Made by a program: the position numbers and the translations under genes. 31,111 nt of DNA, from IMG/VR virus record IMGVR_UViG_3300010287_000003. The stretch is one strand, 5' to 3'. Shown here piece by piece: positions 1 to 6,612 of this stretch (the stretch's first letter is position 1; each line of letters opens with the position of its first letter). The stretch comes from a virus. The notes under the pieces were generated by a model that ran no database searches, was not told the DNA's origin, and worked only from the letters and a program-made list of their open reading frames with translations.

Positions 1-123
1 ACGAACTGGGTAGCTATCTGGCCGACATTATCAAGAAGCATGCCGAGCCGCAGACGGCCATCTCCGGCGCCGCCAAGAGCGACCTGAAGAAGGGCGATAA
101 CGTGTGGTTTCTGCCCGAGGGCG
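1..123 (+). repeat. Terminal overlap, identical to 30989..31111 (circular closure of the contig)
   Basis: Base-by-base comparison of the first 123 nt with the last 123 nt shows no mismatch. Confidence 0.97.
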
Positions 124-626
124 CGAAGGTCGAGACGCTGCTGGCAGACATCGACATCCCCGGCGTGCAATCGTTCCTGAAGCAGCTCGAAGACAACGTG
201 CGCGAGAGCCTACCGGAAAGCGCATTTGACGAGCTGAAGAGCAAGACGGAGATCGCTACGGCCACGCTGGAGCTACAGCTTCAGGAACTGGTGCTGAAGG
301 TGAAGCGGTGCAGGCCGAACTACGACGCCGGGATTGTCAAGGCGATGCGCCTGGCGGGGCGGGCAGCGGCGGACATGGGACTGAGCGACGTGGCGCCGCT
401 GGACGATGAACTGCTGGAACTGGACGACGACCGCCCGGTGTTGCGGGCCGACCTGGACACGCGCGAGCGGGCTGACTACCTGCTAAAAAGTGGGGCGCCA
501 CACGAAAAAGTGTGGGAAGCGCTGGGCGTGGAACAGGACGAGATCGCGGAGTGGCGGCGCATCCTGGACGAACGCCGGGCGAACTTTAACGACATGCTCG
601 ACAGCGACGGAGAGACCGAACTGTGA
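1..626 (+). CDS. Portal protein, C-terminal part (5'-partial in this linearisation; N-terminal part is 30277..31111)
   Basis: Frame 3 is open from base 3 to TGA 624-626. Bases 1-123 duplicate 30989-31111, so the frame opened at ATG 30277 reads straight through. Joined product is about 445 aa, directly downstream of the large terminase and upstream of a Mu F/gp7-like gene. Track ORF 102..626 is only the part after an internal GTG. Confidence 0.85.
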   Translation, partial: ELGSYLADIIKKHAEPQTAISGAAKSDLKKGDNVWFLPEGAKVETLLADIDIPGVQSFLKQLEDNVRESLPESAFDELKSKTEIATATLELQLQELVLKVKRCRPNYDAGIVKAMRLAGRAAADMGLSDVAPLDDELLELDDDRPVLRADLDTRERADYLLKSGAPHEKVWEALGVEQDEIAEWRRILDERRANFNDMLDSDGETEL

Positions 627-1837
627 TCGTCAGCAGCCGGGCGGAGCAGGTAGCCGCCGACCGTGAGACGCAGAAGGCGATCACCGACCTGATGCGCCAG
701 ATCGCCGAGCGAGTTGCCGGGGCGCTGCTGGAATGGACGAGCGAGGACGGCACGGTGCCGCTTAGCAGCTCGCGGGCGCTCCGCGATCGGGTGCGGGCCA
801 GCATCGAACCTTTGTTCGTGTCGCGGGTACGGCTGACCGGCGACGAACTGGACGCCGAGCGCGCGCACGTGGACCGGCTGATCGCCCAGGCGCGGCAGGA
901 CCTGGCCGGAGCGAAGGGGCAGACGCGGACTCGGCTGCTGGCGCGGCTGAAGATGCTCGCCACGCGCGGGGAAACGCTAGGCGCCGGCTGGGCGCTGCTG
1001 GCGTTCCGGAACGGGGAGCCGCGGTCGCCGTATGCGCGGATCGTCCTGGGCGGGACGGAGCAGGTCACGCGGGCGGTAGTGCTGAGGCACGCAGGCGTGA
1101 TCGAAACGCTGCTAAAGCAGGATCCGGAGTTGGTCGATTGGCTGCGCGGTGCGCGGCGCGACGGCGATCTGTTCGGGCGGATGATGCGCGGCCAGCCGGT
1201 GTTGACCTGGCCGGACACGCGCGGGTACGCGCTGAGCGATCGCATCTGGCAGGTGAGCGAAAGCACGCTGGCGCGGATCGACGCGCTGCTAGACGAAGGG
1301 ATCGCACAGGGCCGGGCAGCCGTGCGGATCGCGAAGGACTTAGAACAGTTCTTGCGTCCGGAGCGGCGCGGTGTGGTCACGCGGACGCCTTACGGGTCGT
1401 TGGGTAGCTTTGACGCGCGACGACTGGCGCGGAGCGAGATTACGCGAGCGGCGAGCGTAGCGAATTACGTGTGCGGCCTAACCAGTCCGTTCGTCGTGCG
1501 GGCGCGCTACCACCTGAGCGGGAGCCACAGCGCGGACAACTGTGACGGCTCGTGCGACCGGCATTATGCCGAGGATCAGGCGCAGGGTGGCTTCGAGCCG
1601 GGCGAGGTGCCGCTGCCGATGCTGGACACGCACCCGCAGTGCATGTGCTACATCACGCATGAGACGGCGGACCGCGCGGCAGTGGTGGCGCGGCTCAGAG
1701 AGTTCATGAGGCAGGACCTGGCGGGGACGGCACGGCGCGGCGCGCCGCCGACTCCGATACTGGTTGATTTGTTCGTGGGCGCCCTGATCGGGCGCGTGGT
1801 GACCGGGGCGTTGCCCGTAAAAAACGAAACGGAGTGA
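623..1837 (+). CDS. Head morphogenesis / minor capsid protein (Mu F / SPP1 gp7-like)
   Basis: 404-aa ORF with GTGA overlap of the portal stop. C-terminal LARSEITRA ... HPQCMCY motif is typical of the Mu F/gp7 domain. Synteny is portal - gp7 - scaffold - capsid. Confidence 0.8.
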   Translation: MIVSSRAEQVAADRETQKAITDLMRQIAERVAGALLEWTSEDGTVPLSSSRALRDRVRASIEPLFVSRVRLTGDELDAERAHVDRLIAQARQDLAGAKGQTRTRLLARLKMLATRGETLGAGWALLAFRNGEPRSPYARIVLGGTEQVTRAVVLRHAGVIETLLKQDPELVDWLRGARRDGDLFGRMMRGQPVLTWPDTRGYALSDRIWQVSESTLARIDALLDEGIAQGRAAVRIAKDLEQFLRPERRGVVTRTPYGSLGSFDARRLARSEITRAASVANYVCGLTSPFVVRARYHLSGSHSADNCDGSCDRHYAEDQAQGGFEPGEVPLPMLDTHPQCMCYITHETADRAAVVARLREFMRQDLAGTARRGAPPTPILVDLFVGALIGRVVTGALPVKNETE

Positions 1838-1840
1838 GAC

Positions 1841-2365
1841 ATGGGTGAGGACCAGAAGGACCAGGAGCAGCAGGCGCCTGATCCGCAAGACGAGCAGCAG
1901 GAGCAACAGACCGATCAGGGCAAGGAACCGCCGGGGCCGGTGCCTTATGACCGGTTCGCCGAGATCAACAAGAAGCTGCGCGCGGCGGAAGCCAAGCTCA
2001 AGAAGCTGGAAGACGAACAGCGCGCGGCGGAAGAAGCCAAGATGAAGGAGCAGGGCAATTACAAGTCGCTGCTCGAACAACGCGAAAACGAGCTGAAGAC
2101 GCTCCGCCTGGAGAAAGAACGGCTGCGCGTGGCGACGGCGAAAGGGCTGCCGGTAGAGCTGGCGGACCGGCTGCAAGGCGAGACGGCAGAAGAACTGGAA
2201 GCCGACGCCGACAAGCTGCTGGCGCTGCTGAAGGTGAAGCCGCAAACGCCCGGCGTCCCGCCGCCATCGTCCGGCGGCTCGCCAAGCGACAAGCCGGACT
2301 TCTCAAAAATGACGCCAGCACAGATCCGGGAGTGGAGCGAGAAACACGGCTGGGGCCGCCGATAA
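1841..2365 (+). CDS. Capsid scaffolding protein
   Basis: 174 aa. Acidic/Gln-rich N-terminus followed by a long Lys/Glu/Ala coiled-coil-like segment (AEAKLKKLEDEQRAAEEAKMKEQ...). Lies directly upstream of the capsid gene. Confidence 0.7.
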   Translation: MGEDQKDQEQQAPDPQDEQQEQQTDQGKEPPGPVPYDRFAEINKKLRAAEAKLKKLEDEQRAAEEAKMKEQGNYKSLLEQRENELKTLRLEKERLRVATAKGLPVELADRLQGETAEELEADADKLLALLKVKPQTPGVPPPSSGGSPSDKPDFSKMTPAQIREWSEKHGWGRR

Positions 2366-2451
2366 AGCCCTGAAACGCGCGTGGCGTTGCACGTAAAACT
2401 CGAACGCGGACGTGAAAACTGTCGAGCAGAGTGCAACAGGAGAGATCTACA

Positions 2452-3375
2452 GTGGGACTAATCAACTCGATTGACATTGCCACGGCGGCGGAGGCCATCC
2501 CGACGATTGTCGCGGCCCGCGCGCTTGGCAGCCTGAAATCGAACACGGTTCTGGCGCGGCTGGTGAACCGCAACTGGTCGAATGAGGTCGCCCAGTACGG
2601 TTCGACCGTCAAAATCCCCATGCCGGGGGCGCTGGTGGCGAATGACAAGCTCGCACAGAGCCAGGTCACGCTGCAGAACCCGGCGCTGGACTCGAAGTCG
2701 GTCACGCTAGACCGGCACAAGGAAGTGAGCTTCCTGATCGAAGACGTTGCCGCGGCGCTGAGCCGGCCCGAGCTGCTGGACATCTACATGGCAGAGGGGA
2801 TCGTCCGGATTGCAGAGGCGATGGACAGCGACATCGCGGCGCTGTTCAGTGGCCTGGTCCAGTCGGTCGACGCGACCGCCGGGCTGGACGAAGAGCACTT
2901 CCGCGATGCGCGCCGGCTGATCAACGCCGCAAAGGCGCCGATGGCAAACCGCTATGCCGTGCTGCACGAGGATGCCGAGTACGAGTTCCTCGGCATCGAA
3001 AAGGCCGTCAAGGACGACTACAAGGGCAGCCTGGGCGGGGCTGTCGCCGACGCGTGGACCGGGCGGTTCATGGGCTTTCAGACCTTCATGGACCAGCAGA
3101 TCGCGGTTGTCGAGGGCACAGATCCCGATCCGGACGTGTGCCAGAACCTGTTCTTCCACCGGGACGCCTTCGTGCTGGTGACGCGGCCTCTGCCGCGGGC
3201 GCCGGAAGGGCTAGGCGTGGTGCAGACGGTGATGGACGAGGACGGGATCGGGCTGCGCGTCACGATGGGGTACAGCAAGGATTACCTGGGTCTCCAGGTG
3301 ACGATCGATGTGCTGTACGGCGTGGAAGTGCTGCGCGAAGATTTCGGCGTTGCCGTCCGGACGCAGGGCATGTAG
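2452..3375 (+). CDS. Major capsid protein
   Basis: Frame is open from GTG 2431. GTG 2452 has AGGAGA 8 nt upstream and is the preferred start. About 307 aa, follows the scaffold gene and is followed by a strong GC hairpin. Family not verifiable without a search. Confidence 0.75.
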   Translation: MGLINSIDIATAAEAIPTIVAARALGSLKSNTVLARLVNRNWSNEVAQYGSTVKIPMPGALVANDKLAQSQVTLQNPALDSKSVTLDRHKEVSFLIEDVAAALSRPELLDIYMAEGIVRIAEAMDSDIAALFSGLVQSVDATAGLDEEHFRDARRLINAAKAPMANRYAVLHEDAEYEFLGIEKAVKDDYKGSLGGAVADAWTGRFMGFQTFMDQQIAVVEGTDPDPDVCQNLFFHRDAFVLVTRPLPRAPEGLGVVQTVMDEDGIGLRVTMGYSKDYLGLQVTIDVLYGVEVLREDFGVAVRTQGM

Positions 3376-3401
3376 CGAGCCGCCGTTGAGGTGCATGGGA
3401 T

Positions 3402-3429
3402 CGGGCGCGGTGCGAGCGTGCCGCGCCCG
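3402..3429 (+). terminator. GC-rich hairpin after capsid gene (9-bp stem CGGGCGCGG/CCGCGCCCG, 10-nt loop)
   Basis: Stem pairing checked by hand. Lies 27 nt after the capsid stop. No canonical U-tract; followed 3 nt later by the 21-bp palindrome. Confidence 0.4.
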
Positions 3430-3432
3430 GTG

Positions 3433-3453
3433 ATCTGATAACGGTTATCAGAT
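3433..3453 (+). repeat. 21-bp palindrome copy 1 (ATCTGATAACGGTTATCAGAT), intergenic
   Basis: Exact match to the four other copies. Perfect 10-bp arms around a central G. Confidence 0.97.
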
Positions 3454-3472
3454 GGAGAGAGGACAGACCAGC

Positions 3473-3739
3473 ATGGCCGAAGAGAAGAACGCGCCCGAGC
3501 CGCAGGCGCAGGAAAAGAAGGCGCCGGAGAAGAAGGAAAAGCGCGTGCGCTACTTCATCGTCAACCCCGCCGGTGCGGTGCACCAGGTGAGCCGCGAGCA
3601 CGCGCAATGGCGGCTGAAGCAAGCTGGCTGGCGCATGGCGACCGACGAAGAGATCGCACGGTATGAGAAGACGTCCGTGCAGGAAGCGGGCAAGCCGATC
3701 GCCAAGCCGCACAGCACGGAATTGCCGGAGACTGAGTAA
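3473..3739 (+). CDS. Hypothetical protein (Lys/Glu-rich N-terminus)
   Basis: Frame is open from ATG 3452, which overlaps the palindrome. ATG 3473 is preceded by GGAGAGAGG at about 10 nt. 88 aa, no recognisable motif. Confidence 0.55.
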   Translation: MAEEKNAPEPQAQEKKAPEKKEKRVRYFIVNPAGAVHQVSREHAQWRLKQAGWRMATDEEIARYEKTSVQEAGKPIAKPHSTELPETE

Positions 3740-4116
3740 TGCCTCTGACGGCGGACGGCCTGGCGCGACTGCGGCGGCTGATCGGAGACACCGGCGACAC
3801 GCCAGCGTTCTCTGATGGCGAGCTGGAGACGATCTTCCGCGACAACGGCGAGGACCTGGCACGGACGATCGTGGAGTGCCTGGACGGGCTGCTCGCCGAC
3901 GCGGCGAAGCGCGTGAGCTACCGGCAGGGGCAGAGCTTCCAAGACGACAACAAGCTGTTTGACCACCTGCTAAGGCTGCGCGCCCTGTGGGAGCGCCGGG
4001 CCGGGATGCATCGGGAGCCGGTTGAGTCCGGCGATCTGACCTATGCGTTCTACGACAAGGACGGGACGGACATCCCCGACGAGTCGTGGGACGATCTGGG
4101 CTGGATGCTGAACTGA
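3739..4116 (+). CDS. Putative head-tail connector/adaptor protein
   Basis: 125 aa, TAATG overlap with the upstream gene. Position is between the capsid and tail genes. Assignment by synteny and size only. Confidence 0.45.
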   Translation: MPLTADGLARLRRLIGDTGDTPAFSDGELETIFRDNGEDLARTIVECLDGLLADAAKRVSYRQGQSFQDDNKLFDHLLRLRALWERRAGMHREPVESGDLTYAFYDKDGTDIPDESWDDLGWMLN

Positions 4117-4481
4117 TGCCGTACCTAGACGCCTGGCGCGGGCGGCGCCACACCAGCGATGCGGCTTCACGCGCGGCTGCGGCCTGGGAACGCATCCAGG
4201 ACCAGGCGCGGGAGATCGTAATTCTGCGCGGCGATCTGGATCTACCACCGCAGACGGTGCGGCTCGAAGTAGCACAGACCGTGATCGGCGAGGTGAGCGG
4301 CGGTGCAGGCCTCGCCGCGACGCAGACGGTCGTGGTGATGGGTGTAGCCGATCATCCGACGGTGCCGGACCTGGACATTCGCCGGGGCGACCGATTCGTA
4401 ATCGACGGCGCGGAGTACCGGGTGGTGGACGTCAACCGCTACCCGGGCGAGGTGCAGGCGATGACCGAAAGGAGCCGGTGA
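4116..4481 (+). CDS. Putative head closure / head-tail joining protein
   Basis: ATG 4116 overlaps the upstream TGA (TGATG). The track ORF from 4086 would overlap the previous gene. 121 aa; assigned by synteny. Confidence 0.45.
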   Translation: MPYLDAWRGRRHTSDAASRAAAAWERIQDQAREIVILRGDLDLPPQTVRLEVAQTVIGEVSGGAGLAATQTVVVMGVADHPTVPDLDIRRGDRFVIDGAEYRVVDVNRYPGEVQAMTERSR

Positions 4482-4482
4482 G

Positions 4483-4854
4483 GTGGCGCAGTCAGCGACG
4501 ATCCGGATCGAGTGGGACCAAAGCAGTCTGCGCCAGGTGGACGCCGCAATCGTCGATTATGGCGAGCGGGTTATGACGGCCGTCCGAGCCGTGGCTGACT
4601 ACTTCCGCCCGGTGTTGGAAGACTACGCGCGGCAGAACGCGAGCTGGACCGACCGGACCGGGAACGCGCGCCAGACGCTGCACGCCTGGGTTGACGAGGT
4701 GGCGCGTGACATCGTGGAGCTGTGGCTCGGTCACGGCATGGACTACGGGCTGTGGCTCGAAGTTCGCTGGGGCGGACGGTACGCGATCGTCTGGCCGACG
4801 ATCGAGCAGCACTTGGGGCAGGTGGCGCAGATGTTGCGGGAGATCTTCGCGTGA
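4483..4854 (+). CDS. Putative neck/tail-completion protein (HK97 gp10-like by size and position)
   Basis: 123 aa, GTG start with AAAGGAG upstream. Lies in the neck gene block. Confidence 0.45.
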   Translation: MAQSATIRIEWDQSSLRQVDAAIVDYGERVMTAVRAVADYFRPVLEDYARQNASWTDRTGNARQTLHAWVDEVARDIVELWLGHGMDYGLWLEVRWGGRYAIVWPTIEQHLGQVAQMLREIFA

Positions 4855-5288
4855 GGCTGGAACAGGCGGTCCGAGAGCTGCTGGAAGGCGACGAAGTGCT
4901 GAGCGATCTGCTGACCGGCGGGATCTACGACGCGGATGAAATGGACCGTGACAACTGGACGCTGCAAAACGTCAAGCGCGCGCCGAGCGGGCGGCTGCTG
5001 CCGTTCGCGGTGCTGCGCTGGGGCGGGGATGTGCCCGGCGGCGGCCTGAACACCAGCGGGCGCGTGACGCTGGACGTGTGGATTTACGAGGACAGCGGCT
5101 TTTCGCACATCCGCCCGGCGATGGAGCGCGTGCGCGAGCTGCTGCACCTGCGGAGTTTCAGCACGAGCGAGAAAAGCGTGGCGCGGGGGATGTGGCTGGG
5201 CGGCCTGGGCGAAGGCGTCGCCGACGAACTGGGCAAGGCCAGCCGGAACCGCGCGCGCATCCAGTTTACCTACGCTTGGAGGGCATGA
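4851..5288 (+). CDS. Putative tail terminator / tail completion protein
   Basis: GTG 4851 overlaps the upstream stop (GTGA). The upstream part of track ORF 4722..5288 overlaps the previous gene. 145 aa, immediately before the major tail gene. Confidence 0.45.
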   Translation: MRLEQAVRELLEGDEVLSDLLTGGIYDADEMDRDNWTLQNVKRAPSGRLLPFAVLRWGGDVPGGGLNTSGRVTLDVWIYEDSGFSHIRPAMERVRELLHLRSFSTSEKSVARGMWLGGLGEGVADELGKASRNRARIQFTYAWRA

Positions 5289-5842
5289 TGGGATTTGGAG
5301 ATAAGCCGTTTGGGCTGACAGACCTGAAGGTCGCCGTGCTCAACGCTGACGGGACGTATGGGACGCCGGTGGCGCTGCCGGAAGGCCGCAAGCTGGTAAT
5401 GGCAGCCAAGACGGTCACAAGCAAGCTGCCGGGCTACCTGGGCGCGACCGCGGCGGTGGCGACGGTGGTCCAGGACGTGGAAGTGACGATCGACGGCGGG
5501 ACCGTTCCGAAGGAGTTTCTGGCGGCGGTGTTGGGGCTGACGGCGGAGACCGGCGGCACGACGCCGGATGCGACGAAGAGCCTGAATCTCGAAGTCCGCA
5601 AGCCGTTCCCCTACTTCGGGGTGATCGGCGTGGCGCTCGACGATGACGGCGGCGACACGCACTTCGGGCTGCCGAAGGTGAAGCTGACCGAACTGCCGGA
5701 GTGGACGGCCCAGAACGAGGACAACCTCTTTGTGACGTCGTCCATGAAGGGGCTGGCGATCGCCGACGACGCAGGCAAAGCGATCTACCTGCTGAGCCAT
5801 GAGACGGCGGCAGAAGCCGACTTCACCGAGATTTTCGCGTAG
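5285..5842 (+). CDS. Major tail protein
   Basis: ATGATG at 5285 overlaps the upstream TGA, with GGAGGG upstream. 185 aa. Located before the chaperone pair and tape measure, and followed by a strong hairpin as for the capsid gene. Confidence 0.6.
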   Translation: MMGFGDKPFGLTDLKVAVLNADGTYGTPVALPEGRKLVMAAKTVTSKLPGYLGATAAVATVVQDVEVTIDGGTVPKEFLAAVLGLTAETGGTTPDATKSLNLEVRKPFPYFGVIGVALDDDGGDTHFGLPKVKLTELPEWTAQNEDNLFVTSSMKGLAIADDAGKAIYLLSHETAAEADFTEIFA

Positions 5843-5861
5843 AGCGCGACGAGACCATGAG

Positions 5862-5887
5862 CCGGGGCGCTGAGCGAGGCGCCCCGG
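5862..5887 (+). terminator. GC-rich hairpin after major tail gene (9-bp stem CCGGGGCGC/GCGCCCCGG, 8-nt loop)
   Basis: Pairing checked by hand. Lies 20 nt after the stop codon; followed by TT and then the palindrome. Confidence 0.4.
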
Positions 5888-5889
5888 TT

Positions 5890-5910
5890 ATCTGATAACG
5901 GTTATCAGAT
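5890..5910 (+). repeat. 21-bp palindrome copy 2, intergenic
   Basis: Exact ATCTGATAACGGTTATCAGAT. Confidence 0.97.
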
Positions 5911-5930
5911 GCACCGGAGAGGGTAGCAGG

Positions 5931-6401
5931 ATGGAAATCACCAAAGGCTCAGCGTGGCGGACGACGGAAGACGTGGAGTTGCCCAGCGGCAATGTAGCGC
6001 GGCTGCGCAAGCCGGACGTGCTGGCGCTGATCATGTCGAACGGCGAGATCCCGGACGTGCTGAGCGCGCAGTTGCTCGCCGGGATGCAAGGCGGTGCGGC
6101 GCCGAAGCAGATCGAACTCACGGCGGAGAACGTCAGCGGGTTGCTGGAAGTGGTCAACACGGTCACACGGGCGTCGTTCGTCCTGCCTCGCATTGTGGAC
6201 AAGCCCGAAGCCGAGATGACCGAAGACGAGATCGGGATCGAGCACGTGGCGTTTAACGACCGGGTGTTCGTGCTCAAGTGGGCGATGGGGGGCAGCATCG
6301 CGGCTGCACAGCGGTTTCCTGACTCCCCGGCGCGCGTGGGAACTGTACCGGCAGGCGGAAGCCTTCGGAAGGGCGCCAAGCGAGCTGCTAAGCGTCAGTG
6401 A
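5931..6401 (+). CDS. Tail assembly chaperone (G-like, short form)
   Basis: 156 aa, GGAGAGGG RBS. Sits between the major tail and tape-measure genes. Overlapped at its 3' end by an open alternative frame that runs to the tape-measure start. Confidence 0.65.
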   Translation: MEITKGSAWRTTEDVELPSGNVARLRKPDVLALIMSNGEIPDVLSAQLLAGMQGGAAPKQIELTAENVSGLLEVVNTVTRASFVLPRIVDKPEAEMTEDEIGIEHVAFNDRVFVLKWAMGGSIAAAQRFPDSPARVGTVPAGGSLRKGAKRAAKRQ

Positions 6402-6612
6402 CGACGACACCTGGGGCGCGTGGATGATTAACCGGGCGGTGTGGGCGGCGGGCGCCTTCATCGCCGGGAAGCTGAGCGAGCGAGACGGAAAAGGCAAGCC
6501 GCGCTGGACGGTGGAGCAAATTTTGAGCGGGCAAGCGGCAGAGCGACCGATGAAGAACGCGGCGGCACGAGCGCAGATGATGTTCGGCAACCTGATAGGT
6601 GATCGGCGATGA
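6289..6612 (+). CDS. Frameshift extension of the tail assembly chaperone (T-like part, reached by +1/-2 shift)
   Basis: Frame 1 is open 6220-6612 and ends in an ATGA overlap with the tape-measure start. A G6 run lies at 6287-6292. Hand-counted GC3 is 32/40 in frame 1 versus 19/33 in frame 0 over about 6300-6420. Track ORF 6424..6612 is its distal part. Confidence 0.5.
   Translation, partial: GAASRLHSGFLTPRRAWELYRQAEAFGRAPSELLSVSDDDTWGAWMINRAVWAAGAFIAGKLSERDGKGKPRWTVEQILSGQAAERPMKNAAARAQMMFGNLIGDRR

Noticed and set aside
6287-6322. Canonical -1 frameshift at the G6 run in the chaperone gene.
   Set aside because: The -1 frame hits TGA at 6320-6322 after ten codons. Only the +1 frame stays open to the tape-measure start.
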